A stretch of 62,208 bases of DNA, filler included, from Choristocarpus tenellus KU-1152 (GCA_964200185.2; 11 parts of 11 records of this genome joined end to end with filler, not necessarily neighbours in it), one strand, 5' to 3'. Shown: positions 23,988-37,052, numbered from the whole stretch's first letter. The notes: generated by a model from the sequence alone, not told the origin. Translations and numbers: made by a program.

Positions 23988-24340
23988 AGAACCTGAGTAG
24001 GATAGAAGAGCTTGATAGTATGGTGTGTAGAGGAAAGACAGTGAAAGTTGTAGCCGTGTGTACAACTCCATTACGATGCAGGGCAAGCAGCACACTTTGT
24101 ACATTTTTCACATCCCCTGAAGATTGCTATGACAAGTAGCATTGGGCTGGGAGTTGTTCACTGCCTACTCAGTGACTTCAACAAGAGTACCAGTAAAAAC
24201 AGCAATCCCCCTTCCACCCCCCCTCTCCCTCATTCTGTTAAACACGGTGAAGATTCTGGCTTTTGTCAAAACATTACGTGCCCATAGTCCCTACAGTTTA
24301 TCTTCCCCTTGTGTAGCAGGACTCGAGGGTTGTCCCGTAC

Positions 24341-27300
24341 CGCATTATCCCGAATGTCCAGATCAACACCAACATCATGGAGTGTTTCCAGTGCCTGAGT
24401 TGGGGTGATCAGTATCAGGTTTTGGGATAATAACAATAATACCAAGAGTCTGAATGGAGTGAATGCTGCTATAAAATGTACTCCAATAGAGTGCATGACT
24501 GCAACAGAGGTACACAGGACAAGAGGAGTGCCAATCTTTCAAGTTTACCAAAAAGCATTTACTAATTGTTGGCTTTGATGACTTTGATTGGGTATCGCTC
24601 TTTTGCTGAGGTGCCGTTACTACTACGACTGTCTGTCTACTCTTGAAAAGAGTACCTCCAAGTTGTCGAACATTGCCGCCATGTGGGCCGGTGCCATCCC
24701 ATTGTGAGCACATGTCGATAGTACGCTGGGATCCCCATAGCACCCAAAGATGGCCTGGAGCGCTTGAACACAGTTGGATGATGCGGCAAAGTGAGCAGGC
24801 GTGGAACCTGTCATGTCCTGAAGCCGCAAATCAGCACCGGCTCGATGCAGCAGTGATATTGTCCTTCCGTGATTGGCCACAGCTGCACTGTGTGCTGGAG
24901 TCCACCCCTTTCCATTGATTGTGCATTGGCATTGGCATTTGAAGAGAGGTACAGATGGCATATCTATTTGGGAGTTAGTATCTACAGGCCTTCTGAAGTT
25001 GAGATTGTTGTAGTTGCAGCGATGGTGTGACTCTCCAATAATTCCCTTCTATCGTAGAAGAGTGTGAACTGCACGTCTGTGGAATAGTAAGTGCACTGAC
25101 CGGCTGCTGCATGGAGTGGAGGAGTTCAATAGCTGCTCGTCAATAACCAAAGTCTACATCATGCAACAAGGAAGACTGCTGTCACCCTCCAACGCAAAGG
25201 AGTGTCATCATCATCAGACATGCAAATAGACTTGCAATTTTCCCTTTTCCACTCCCTGACCTTGCCTTGTTGTTTTTCTTGTTTACATCGGCTCCGAGTT
25301 TGGCAAGCTCTTCAATGATGTTGTCTTTACCTCCCGCGGCGGCAATGTTTAGAGGGGTGTCTCCCCTGTCGTCCTGTGCATTAGGCTGCTCGCGCTTTTC
25401 GTGTATGAAGTATCTGGAGCCGAGTAACAAAATCTTTGAAGTGTTACAATAATAAGGATCGTATTTAAGCAAACTTGCCAATGGAGAAAGTCATATTGCC
25501 TGCACTTGGGGGCAGTTAACCCCTTGAATATATGCAAGTACGTGTACGTGTGTCCCACTGGTGTATTGGCAGATCTGCCAACCCTCAATCAGCCGATGAC
25601 ACAGAGCTGTGTATGGTATTGTCAAAGGAAGTCCTGAGTGACCTGCAAACCACACAGTATGGCTTCAAGGACATAATATAATCCGAACTATGCTGGACGT
25701 TTTGCACTCAATTTTGCTTTTTGCCTGGAGACGATGTAATTGAACGTCCATCCAAGGTACATACATATCGAAACGTGGAAGCACACAACCCCTAAATCAA
25801 ATTGAAAATATTCACATACATATCCTTCACTTTTCCAGCATGCTAGCTTGCACCATCAGAGCATTGCATCCTGCTGTATTTGAGAAGAGCTGAACTCTTT
25901 TCCAACTCTTACTTGTGCCCCATCTCATTCCCTACTGCTTCTCACTCCAAAAACTTCGGCCTGGTGGGAGTAGGGGAGACAGTGGGATCTAAATCTAGCT
26001 GGAAACTTTGATTGAAACCGACTTCCTCGCCCCTCATCATCACTCCCTCCCCCTCCTCTATTTTGTTTTTTCTGTTATATCACATTCCCGTTCCCCCTCC
26101 CAAATTTATGATCGATTTCGACCAATATTTTTATGGGTTTACGAAACAGGAATCTGAGTCATGCTGATCCCTGGTCCTGTTGATGGTGATTAGGATATAG
26201 TTTCTATCTTGTTCGTGATTATATCTGTTTATGCGCATGCAAGTTCCCATAATCATTTGGTCCATCATCAATAAAACCCTGGATAGATATACCCAAGACT
26301 TCCATAAAAAAATGTCTATAAAAGGATAAAAAATCATGTGGTGCCTCAAGTTTTGAAATGATGTACATAAATGTCACAGGCACTACTTGGTGATGAATAC
26401 TACTTTCAACACAGACAAGACCAACTGCCAGACTCAACAGTACGCACCAAGTGATCACATCAGCTTGCTCACAATATCAACTCACTTAATCAAACGTTAG
26501 CCCCCCAAACAAAACAAAACAACAGAGCCAATCCAATTGAGAGGTAGGCAGGTTTGGATCCTTCTGCATTCCAAGCTATCTTCCTAACCCTGTGCAATAT
26601 ACTCTATTTCATTGCTTTATATGCACCATAGTGTACACAAAATTGATATTCCCCCTTTCCACACACACGAATTGACACCACAATTCAGCAAAGACTCTTT
26701 TTCCAATTGTAAAAACGTACGAAATGACATCATTTTCCCCTTTCTCGGGATCCTAAAAATGCCACCCTGCCTATCTCTTGGTTTGACTCAATAACAATGA
26801 CAAGGTTCCTGCATTCAAGCTACGTCCAATACATATCCTAGGATTTGCTATCACTATCTACTTGTCGCAAAAACATAATGTCGACCAAGAAACTTCAACT
26901 CACTTCACCACCTCACCCCATATGCGGTGCTTTGATTACAAGTGGGGAGGGTTAACCCACCAATCAATCTAATCTGGTCTGACTCAGGTATATACTATCT
27001 GAGGGTTTTGGAATAACAGTGCAATTTGAGAGGAGATCTGTAGTTCTTACACACTGCTTTTGAGCCAAACAAATAGAGAGGTGGGTTGGTTCGGACCCGT
27101 TTGCATTCTAAGCCATCTTTCTTACTCTTTGCAAGACACCCTATTGCATTGCTTTATGTGTATAGTAGTGCGGACAAAAATAATATGCCCCCCTCTCACA
27201 TACAAAGTTACTCCATAAATCAGCAAAGGCTCATTCAGCAATTAATTGTACAAAATTGTATCGTTTTGCCCTTTCTCGGGATCCTGAATATGCAGCCCTG

Positions 27301-27952
27301 CCTGCCACTCAGGTGGGTTTCACTCTTTTGCGTGTCCCGATAGAAATGCGGTGTCCAGGTTTTTGTTTTGTGTGCTGCATTTCTCTGGTTTAGTTTTCAT
27401 TTTACAAAGCTGCTGTACATCTCAACTCCGTCTGGTCCTCCACTCGGTCCTGTCGTGTCCAACTATTACTACTACTATATTATTCGGCAAGAGGAAGTGG
27501 AGGAAGATTTTCATCAATTTTGTACAAGGTAACAATTACTAAAACCCCCCACCGTTACCGCATGGAATGACCGCCCTCCTAGAATCTTGTTTTGACCGAA
27601 CCTCTGGTTAATGTATCGTCACTATTGTTATGATTATTATTACTACTTCAAACAAAGATGTAGCAGCACGGAAGCAACAAACAGATGAGATAACAGGTTT
27701 ACCTCAGTCCTCGAATATCTCCTGTACGTGCCATTCTATGAAGATCGTTCCACTGCACAGCGAAAATATCGTGGCCCTCTTTGAACTGTAATCGCTCCAA
27801 ACGTTGGCAGATATATTCCTTTGCGTGACAGCTGCCCTCCATGGATTCATGTTCTTTTGCGGCAGCCTTAACACGTATTTGCTCCTCTACCATCGCCTGC
27901 ATCCTTGCAATAAATTGTCCCACAAGTGGTTTTGGGTTGTTGAAATGAATTT
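24341..27952 (-). CDS. Ankyrin-repeat protein (first and last exons uncertain)
   Basis: Exons 27952-27703, 25413-25266, 24907-24656 and 24394-24341 give LHRMARTGDIRGLRYFIHEK...GDTPLNIAAAGG...GADVNKKNNKGWTPAHSAA...GSTPAHFAA...GMAPAHMAAMFDNLEALETLHDVGVDLDIRDNA. A possible short ATG exon lies near 28060-28090. Confidence 0.88.
26525..26789. mobile_element. MITE family D copy (intronic)
   Basis: GAGCCAATCC...GGTTTGACTC with flanks AACA/AATA. A sister copy at 27062-27325 has TTTT/TTTT flanks. Confidence 0.75.
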
Positions 27953-28220
27953 CTTGCGGAGGATAACCAGAAAAGAGGAGTAATAGTGGGGGGGATCAAT
28001 GTAGGGAAGGGGGTTTGCACAGTATAGCGAACCATCACGTTATTTCAGAAGGAGGCACCAAACGTTTCAAAGGAGTTTTTGTTAAACATCCATTGCGCGA
28101 GCGCGCCGAGAGTGAATAATACATGAGAGGTTCTCTTGTTTGTAAACCAGTAACCCGTAACCTACTGTACCAACTCAACCACAGAACAAGTCATTTCGCA
28201 GGAGAACGACAAGGTCAGGG

Positions 28221-30276
28221 ATGGAAAATAAGGATAGGGTTGGCTTGGTCGCCCCAAAGTCTGAACTATGGCCCAATGAATTCGCCAAGGAAGTTGGGGA
28301 AGTCAAGAAAGGTCCATTGAAACCTCTCAGTACGAAGACCATAGTCAAGTACAACGAGAGCCTTCGCAAGCGAGGCGTGGTGTACCTCAGCCGAGTCCCT
28401 CCCTTCATGAAGCCAGTCAAGGTCAAGCACCTTCTAGAGCAGCACGGAACAGTTACCAGGGTGAGATATGGTTGTATTACTCTCCACCGTAATGGTTGAT
28501 GTTTCTGTGTTACAGGACCTTTTGCTGAGCAGTATATACAGAGTTCCGACTTATTTCCAGATACAAAAAATCATCGTGTGATGGAAACAGGGGCATCTGC
28601 TTCCCTTGATCTTTCTGTGTGGAGCAAGTATGGAGGGAGCAATCGGTTGATGTTGCAAGAAATAGAGATTGTACGAGGTCTTGTGTGTCACCTCGCATTT
28701 TTGCCCCCAAGGATGACAAGGACGAAAAGGTGACCTCGAACGCTTCTGTAGGATCTGTCCTTCCTTTCTACCTTAAAAATAGGCTGTATACATTGAACGT
28801 TGATATACCTACCTGTACCGTGACATGGGCAGGTGTATCTTGTGGAGGAAGACCAAGCTCTTCGACGCGCACGAAAAAAGAGTGGCGGTAACTCTGGGAG
28901 GCGATATACTGAGGGATGGGCAGAGTTTGAGGACAAAAAAGTCGCCAAGGGTGAGCTGTTTCGTACAAGAATATTTAGAGGCGTGTGTGTATGTGTGTGT
29001 GTCGATGCCATTTCTTATTTTTTCTCTGGTTTTGGTGGTAGGATGTCCTAAGATGGAATGGGGGGAAGCAGGAGTGAGTGTATGATAAAATGATGCTTAG
29101 ATTGCTGTGTAAACACGTTCCTTTTGTGCTAGGTCCTTGCGGGAGGGTGGCAACAATGAACCTATGTAAAACTGGGTGGAGAGCAATCTTCAATCTTGTG
29201 GTGTCACAGTGCATACACCCATCTACGCTATGTTTGGCCTATCTCACAGTAGTTTCCCTCAATGTCATTGCAAACCTCTCTGCCCAGCTGTTGCAGAGGG
29301 TCTGAATAACACTCTAATTGGGGGACGCAAGCGCAACTACTATCATGATGACACGTGGAACATCAAGTACCTGAAGCACTTCAAGTGGGACCACCTCACT
29401 GAGAAAGTGGCCTATGAACGGCGGGTTCGGGAGCAGAAGCTGCGCTTGCAGACAATGCAGTCCAAGAGGTGGGTTACTGACCACTTCTCTGTGTGTGCTT
29501 GTATGCTGACTCGCCCATTGAACATTCTTGATGTTACAGTTTCTTGCAAAAATGTTTTCTCCCAAAGTCTTGTGTTTTTCTCAGGTCTCCTTGTGTACAA
29601 TGTGGAACATGTTACGACCTTGAGTTGAAATACAAAGATTTAGGCTATAGCAGAAGAAGACATTGGATTAGTGAAAATATTCACTCATTGAAGGGGTTTC
29701 TGATTGTTGGGGGAATTTGAAATTGGCAGATGCGTGTTGAATGTTTGCAGACATCAGACATGTGGCATTTGGTGGTCATGACGATCCCCATGCATGCCTG
29801 CCTCATCAGTCCACCACAAGCACCATGTTTGGTAGACCTCGGTTCACAAAGGTCTGTCTGAACTTCAAACTGGAATGCTTCCGAGGTAGTGCTTCAAGTA
29901 TTATTTTCTATTATTACAAGTTGAGTGGTGCCTTTCCTATCACCACACATCACCATATCACATTTCCACTAACTTCAATTGCGACCACAGGGAAAATGCA
30001 CGCTATGTGGAGCTGGTGGAGAGTGGTCGATCCTTTGCTAAGATGGAGGAGAGAAAGCGAAAGCAACGAGAGGAACAGGCTCAAAAGATGATTGGGCAAA
30101 ACTCTACTGGGCAAGGGGTGATGGGCAATGGGGCTGTGGCTGGGGGAGATGTGGATGTGCATAGAAGGGTAAGGCGGCGATTCAAACAGGCACGCCCAGT
30201 CGCAGATGCAGGCGGTGGGGAGAGAGGAGGCATGGACCCCTCTGTGCTTCAGTCTGTTTTTGGGAAGAAGCGGTGA
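28221..30276 (+). CDS. ESF2: Pre-rRNA-processing protein ESF2 / activator of basal transcription 1 (complete)
   Basis: Exons 28221-28460, 28833-28950, 29288-29468 and 29991-30276 are phase-consistent with GT-AG introns. Motifs: [63 protein letters not shown]. Confidence 0.95.
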
Positions 30277-30837
30277 CAGAAGGAGTATGGGGATTGGTGG
30301 GTAGCACCATGTTGCAGATACTGCAGTAACCAGCATTCCCCAGGATAGATTGTATGATACTTCCGTGAACAGTTAAGCTTATGGAGATTGGAAGTAGAGA
30401 GATTGCTCCACAATCATTAAACAGGGTTTTGTGTCTTTGCCCACAATGATATTTCATCAATTCAGTGTTATATATATATATATATGCACTGCACGCACTT
30501 TCTCCACTTCCATCAGGGTGCAAAACACCTAAAGCCTGTCTTCTACACCCTGTGCATATGATACAACTGAGAACCTGCAGGTTTAGCGACCCAATTTATA
30601 TCCATCTGTGTTTTGTCTTGTACTTCTACAGCAGGGTATATCCTCTGTTGGTCAACTGTGTTTCAGATGTAGTGAAAATGGAAATCCTTCTAAACTATCT
30701 ATAAATAATGTTGTGCACCTATTAATGTTCAACGTAGAACTGTTCTGGGCAACAAGTTGTCTCAACTTTGGATTGATTTCTCATCTCCTGTCCAGAAAAC
30801 TCTACTTGGTATTCTCCTGCTATGCATGCAGAACTTC

Positions 30838-31700
30838 TCAGATTCGATCCACTGTATTGAACACAGCCTCAGCCATGACACTGCGAGGTGCTCGCCTCCT
30901 TGTCCATAGTTGGAACTGTTCCAGCCCTTGCTCCACAAGCATCTCAGCCCCCTGTACATAGGGGCACCCAGTGGCCTTTGCCTGAGCCAGAAGGGCCGTC
31001 AAGGCAGGCTTGTAGGCTGCGTCAAAGACAACAGGCTGGTATTTCGACAGAGGTGGGCAAAAGGATGTGCTTGTGCAAGTTAGGAATGCTTTTTTGACTG
31101 GAAAGCACTCTTGCAACGCCTACTATTCACTGCACTAGGGGAAGTCTAGGTTTGAGATTTAGGTTGGCCGGTTCTTGGCACATGTCAAAAACCTTACCTG
31201 ACGTTACTGCTCAAAGGAAATATGTGTAATATGCATCAGGGCAGCAACATAATAGTGGCTATTAAATTGACCTTATCACAACCCTTCAAACATTTTGTCT
31301 CTCCAACTACCTCCCCTCAACATATCCAGATCATTTTCTCCCCACTAAGAAACTTGCCTCCAATATCCACAACTAACACACGTGCGATAGGATACCCACC
31401 CTGTTCAGCCGCAAGGTTTTCATCTAATTCTACCACCAACCCCCACTCCAACTCTGACTTACCTTTTGCTTCAACATATGTTCTGGCAATGTGAACTCGG
31501 CGGAACCAGGGATTGTGGACACCACCACGTCCACATCCTCTCGGCCACAAGCCTGCTGCAAAGTGGCAGCATCCAGGGCAGAGACCGCAACACCCCCAAA
31601 ACGACTGGCGAGCTCTTCTGCTTTGGCTGGTGTCCGGTTGTAAACAACGAGATCCATGCCCAGCTCCTGCATGGCGAAGAGTGCTGCCATGGCCGCACCC
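30838..31700 (-). CDS. Shikimate dehydrogenase domain, C-terminal part (stand-alone, DHQase-SDH or AROM fusion)
   Basis: Exon 31700-31463 has GAAMAALFAM..VVYNRTPAKAEELA..VVSTIP. Exon 31035-30838 has PVVFDAAYKPALTALLAQAKATGCPYVQGAEMLVEQGLEQFQLWTRRRAP..*. These are AroE-family NADP-binding motifs (NRT, DxxYxP, GxxML). Confidence 0.92.
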
Positions 31701-31804
31701 NNNNNNNNNNNNNNNNNNNNNNNNNNNNNNNNNNNNNNNNNNNNTTAATTAATTAANNNNNNNNNNNNNNNNNNNNNNNNNNNNNNNNNNNNNNNNNNNN
31801 AGAA

Positions 31805-31836
<32 letters not shown>

Positions 31837-32171
31837 GGAATGGGGGTGCACCATCAGGTTGAAGTGTAGGGAAGCTGAACGGAGTGCTCTCAGGGGGTGA
31901 GCCAGTGGTCAGTACATTGCAGTAGATCATGTCCCTTGCGAATTGGGGTGGTGAGTTTTGCGTTGACCTTTGAGGGTATTTGTAGCTTACTGCATGGAAG
32001 AAAATTTGGAAACCACTGAGCACAGTATATATATATATGTGTGTTACACTGTGGATTGGGCTGGTCAAGTTTTGATGAATGCAGGTCAGTAGCTTCGTGG
32101 GGGGGCGAGGCTGTTCTGACATTGTACTTTTTGTTTGCGGTTCTGACGGCACTGCTTACCATTTCATTAGT

Positions 32172-32253
32172 GAACACATTGTGGTGACATTGTAATGAAC
32201 ACTATGTGGTGACATTGTAATGAACACAATGTGGTGACATTGTAACGAACACA
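32172..32253. repeat. 25-bp minisatellite, about 3.3 copies
   Basis: GAACAC(A/T)(T/A)TGTGGTGACATTGTAA(T/C) in tandem, with no spacers. Confidence 0.92.
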
Positions 32254-32312
32254 CAGCTCTATTCGTAAGACAAGGTGATGGTCCTTGCTTTTGCCATGTT
32301 TCTTCTTGGAAG

Positions 32313-35300
32313 GTCAATGTCCGTAACCGCTACCGGGAAACCCCTCTCCTCCTGGCTGTGAGTGCTGCCTCTCAAGAGAGTGTGATGGCCCTGCTGTTTC
32401 ATGGGGCTAGGTTGGATGAACCAGACATATCAGGTGTGAGAGAGTGGAAGCTGCAGTTGCTGGTGGTTGATGTTAGGGTTTAATTTCCCATGTACTCCTT
32501 GGTTTGAAGCCTAAGGTGTTTTGTCTCCTGGGGCACCATAGACTCAGACACACGTGCCAACACCGTTTTAGGAAGTTCCCCCCTGGAGTGCCATAAGCCA
32601 CACACACCTCATCTTTATCCAGGTGTGACTCCCATGTGTCTTGCTGCCATGACTGGCCAAGACAATCTTGTCATGGTGATGGCTACCAGCAACTCAGCTC
32701 ATGGGATGGCAGGGTGAGCATCCTACCAAGGCTTGTCACATTAGTGATTGCTGTGGTCATGAGTATGATCTTTGGACTTTTTCATACCTTGCTGTGATTT
32801 ACCATATGATTCTGACCATAGAACTGCCAGAAATAAGATGCTGCTACCTTCCATATATCTAAATGGTAGTCACTACAGTATCCTACCATCAAAATGCCAG
32901 AAATGCTGTACAGCTATTGTAAAAAGATTCGCTATTGTAAAAAGATTCGATGGTAGGCGCTACCTCAATGTACCTTGTATAATATAATAGGCAACACACT
33001 GTAACGACCATCCAACAACAGGACTCATTGTAAATATACTATACACAACTTTCCGATGTGTTGCTGTACCGTACAGATATGTACCTACTCCGGATTATGT
33101 AACTTGTTTTGTATCACAAACTATGTTTTTTTTGGTTGTATGGCAAGTGGAGTTATTGTGACTTGTGTCCTTGTGAGTCAGTTGCTAAAGCTATGTTTCG
33201 TGCACGAATTTCGCGGGTTCAAACCCCATCAATGCCATACATGTTTTTGTGTAATTCTGGTTTTGATTTTGTAGCATTGAAAAAAACGCACACATTCTCC
33301 TTGCGTCCTCCCCTACCCTCTCAAAGTTGCTTGACTCTTGGAAAAAAAAAAGGAGAGGATAGGAAAATGTGTGTGGATTTGTTACCTAACTTTGTCATAT
33401 GTCACATTTCCACTTGTCCATGCCGTTCACCCCATCCTCCTCCACCCACCTCCCCACCTTGATCACACTCCTTCAGGCGTAGTGAACCTCAGGTATTGTT
33501 TCCTACAAATGTAGCACACCCCCCTCCGCTCCAACTGAGGCGAGGCAAGAAACCTGGGTGGCGTGTGTTGAAAGAAGTAGTAAGTGCAGGACACCTGGCA
33601 GCAGGTGGGGGAGGTGGTAGTGGTGCTGGAAACAACAGCAGTGGAAATGTTTTGTCACCTGTTGCTTTGTCTCCCGTGCATGAGGCAGCAGGAGCAGGAG
33701 AGGTGGATTGCCTTTCACTCCTGCTGCAGTTGGGAGCATCCCTGGATGATAATGATGCTGTACGATTGTCTGATGCAACCCAATTTCTACAAGCTAGCGC
33801 TCTGGGCCATGATTTGTGGGATTGTGGGCAGAGGGCAGCCAAGATAAGGGCTAGAAAGACGTGTGCACCTGAGGGGGTTGGGGTAACTGAGGTGAATGTT
33901 GGTGGGGACACTGTTGCTGGGGCAGGGGATACACCTCTGGGTAGGTCAACTCGTGGGGGTCAACTTGAGTGCATGAAGGTGTTGCTTGACGGGGGGGCTT
34001 CGGCATCCAAGGAGAACCTGAAGGGGTAAGTGATGACCTGGGAGGGAGACGAGGATAGTATTGATAATATTAAGTTTGTGCTGGAAGTTAATTTTTTTAA
34101 ACTTTATTCGAGTTGTATTGCCACATCGCTTTCAGTATGTAGTGATTGTTTCTATCATTGTTTTTCAACTTTTTTTGCCATGGAGTTGACCTGTTGTCTT
34201 GGTGATGATTGTTTTTCTTTTTGCATGTGAGATACATTGACAGGGATGGACAGGTTTTTGTTGCAAGGTGCTACCGATATAATGGTAGCATTACACTGCA
34301 GTACGTTGCAATTTCTTTATGTGCGTTTGAAAGATCACAGTTTCATGTGAGAGGTGCGTTTTTTAGGAGGGGGGTTCAAAATTCTCAATAATTCATGCTA
34401 TGAATGTTACTGTAGGAGGGGGATGCAAGGTAAAATTTTCTTCTGTTTTTGTGCCTGTAGTATTTTACTGTGGAGTACAAATAGTAGCCTGATGAATACG
34501 TTCACTAGTAGGCTTCATTCAAGCTCAGATTGAACACAGTTGTTCAGTGGCAATTGTTTAGTGCACCCTCCCTGAAAGGTAGAGTTTATAGGACTAGGCT
34601 AAGGTTGATTGTAATCAGAGTGTGGCGACCTTGGAGTAGATAGAGGGTGTGGGTGGGACTGGGGAGACAAATGTGTTGTTACTTCAAAACCCAAGCATCT
34701 GTACCTTGTGGTGTAGGTCATCCCATGATTTTCATCCCTATGCTGGGACTCTGTTTCTCCTATGATTCCTCCTGCATCACCGTTACATGTTCCTGCTAGT
34801 TCCTTGGCTATCCTCTACAGCAACGACTCTTGAAAATGGAAAGACTATACCTCCTCAAAGCATGTTTCGTACTATGGTCTTGACAACAATTATTTTTCTA
34901 CAGAGTACACAAGTCTGGCTGTCACAAAATGAACTATTCCAAAGATCGGTGGTGTTATTGATGGCGTTGAATACATCAACCAAATGTATTGTTGTAAAGC
35001 TCTAATTCAACAGGATAAGATACCGGATCAAGAAATAATCTCAGGAATATTTTTTTCAAAAGGTATTGCAGCCTAAGCAGCCAACCATTGTTGGTGCTTT
35101 TTCTATTGTTTTAGGCAGCAACTATTTCCTCACAACTGTCCTTCGTTTCCTAGTGCTTCTCTTGCTCATCGTTGAGTTGAAGTTTGTGATTTTGCTTACA
35201 ATGAGGTATCAAACATGCCCTTACTGTGGGAATGTATCCAGGGAAACACCTCTGGCCATTGCAATTCATGCCAACCTTCCGAAGGCTGTGGAGTTGCTAC

Positions 35301-37052
35301 TTGAGGCAGGTGCCACAAGGATAGCAGGATGGGGGGCATCTTGTCCTGTGGCAAGCAGCAGTCGTTTGCATGTGAGGGGAGGGCGGACAAGTATGGGAAG
35401 GTGAGTAAGAAGGTGTTTTGTTGTTAGGTTGTTTGCAATGGAAGCAAGTTCTGATGGTGGTGACTACTGGTGATGACGGTCTAGCAGGCAAGGAAAGTCA
35501 AATCTTACATGTACTCGTACAGATGCATTGTGAGGGGTGATGGGGGGGTAGAAGTGAAGGCAAGATGAAGGGACAGAGGGACAGAGGGAGAGGGGAAGTG
35601 GGAAGGGTACATTAGTAGATTTTCTTGACTTGACTGAGTGTGCACTACAGCAGACATGGGGTCTCTGGTATTTTGCGCAAATTAGCCTGCGATTTGACCA
35701 TGGACTGACCATGGAAGCAAGGAATTATGCTATAGTACTCACTGGGGTGAAGGAGAGACTTCACTTGCGATGAAGTAGTCACCTCTCACACCCCATGCCT
35801 GCATTTCCAAACCTTCCTACCTCACAACCGATGTGTGCTGCTTTCTGCTATCTTTTCATTGATCTGTCAACCTTAGGACCAGCGTGCTGATGTCCCCGCT
35901 GGAGCTGGCTTTGCGGGAGGGGAGGCTGGAGTGTGCCGCAGCGCTGATAGAGGCTGGGGAGCACATCACAGAGAAGGCTCTGCAGACGCTCCGCTTGGGC
36001 ACCCTTGGGCAGGGTACACCAGCCAGGTTAGCTCATCCACTCTTCATGTGGTGCTGTGTCTGAGCTGAAATATTGTACTCAACAAACACTTAGTGTGAAC
36101 TCTGTGCCGTAAATCATTCTAAAGTGTATCTCCCTTGCATAGTAAGTCAAGAATCTTGAAGCACACCTCCTTTTGGGGCTTGCTCATACTGTGTTGTATG
36201 GTTGACGAATTTTGAAGGGCTTGCCTTGTGCAGTTCATTGTCGCAGAGATGGCGGTTTTTCTTGTTGAGCACGCTTATCACTGTGGCAGGGTTGAAGCCT
36301 GTGGCTTCTCTTTCCACATACCCATCATTGGTAGTGTGTCACAAGTGAATGTACTATTGGCGTGGCCATTTGTGTCTTACGTTCCTCATTGAATACCACC
36401 AATACCATCAAAAACACTTAATCACCAGCATGCACACCCACTTTCAACCACCTTGTAGCCCCTACCCTATCATAGCCCAACCCCTTCCCACGCTGTGATC
36501 TCCACTTCACCAATCCAAGAACTTGCTCTACTTTGCACCCTTGCATTCTGGTTGTTGTTGTACTCTCAGGTCTGCCAAAACTCCCCCAAATGTTAGACAC
36601 ACCTCAATATATGCAGGCCCAGTCTCTTTTCGCTCTTCTGCAAAGGGGGCTGGCACCCCTTCCTCTCTTTCTTCCTCCACTTTTGCGCAAGTAGCTACAC
36701 CATTGTGCAGGATAAGTTCACCGGACTTGCACATGTCTGGAGCTGACTTCCCTGGCCTCCAACTGGATATCATGAGGATGCTCCCATCTAGAGTTGGAGA
36801 CGTTTTCCGTCTCTGGGGTTGCTCATCCAGGTCTGCTAGTGTCTCTATTGGTGGTGATGGTGACAGTGGACCTTACAAGTCAGCAGGAGCTGGAGAAGGA
36901 TCAGACACAAGATACATCCTAGCTTCAATGCAAGAGAAGGGAGACCAGGCCAGAATGGGGACATGGGCTGGGGTAGGAAGCGGACCAGGGTTGGTAAATG
37001 GCCTTGGGGAGTGTGATGTTAACCTGTTGCTGGATGATGGAACTTCCCTGCC
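32313..37052 (+). CDS. Ankyrin-repeat protein, probably with a downstream BTB/POZ domain (partial)
   Basis: Exons 32313-32433, 32623-32713, 33540-34025, 35242-35400, 35877-36026 and 36570-37052 join in phase. Repeats include RETPLLLAV, GVTPMCLAA, SPVHEAA, GDTPLGRS, GETPLAIAI and SPLELAL. It ends in CDVNLLLDDGTSL at the linker. Confidence 0.85.
33172..33240 (+). mobile_element. tRNA-like SINE head (degenerate)
   Basis: A-box-like TGAGTCAGTTGCT and B-box GGGTTCAAACC at tRNA-like spacing. Similar boxes occur at about 51737-51802 and 11505-11545. Confidence 0.45.

Noticed and set aside
26219-26458. Nested secreted peptide ORF in the ankyrin intron
   Set aside because: It has a non-ATG start, is short, and has no motif or splice support. 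It is compatible with chance.
32172-32253. CRISPR-like array
   Set aside because: The 25-bp units are directly adjacent with no unique spacers. It is an intronic minisatellite in eukaryotic DNA with no cas genes.
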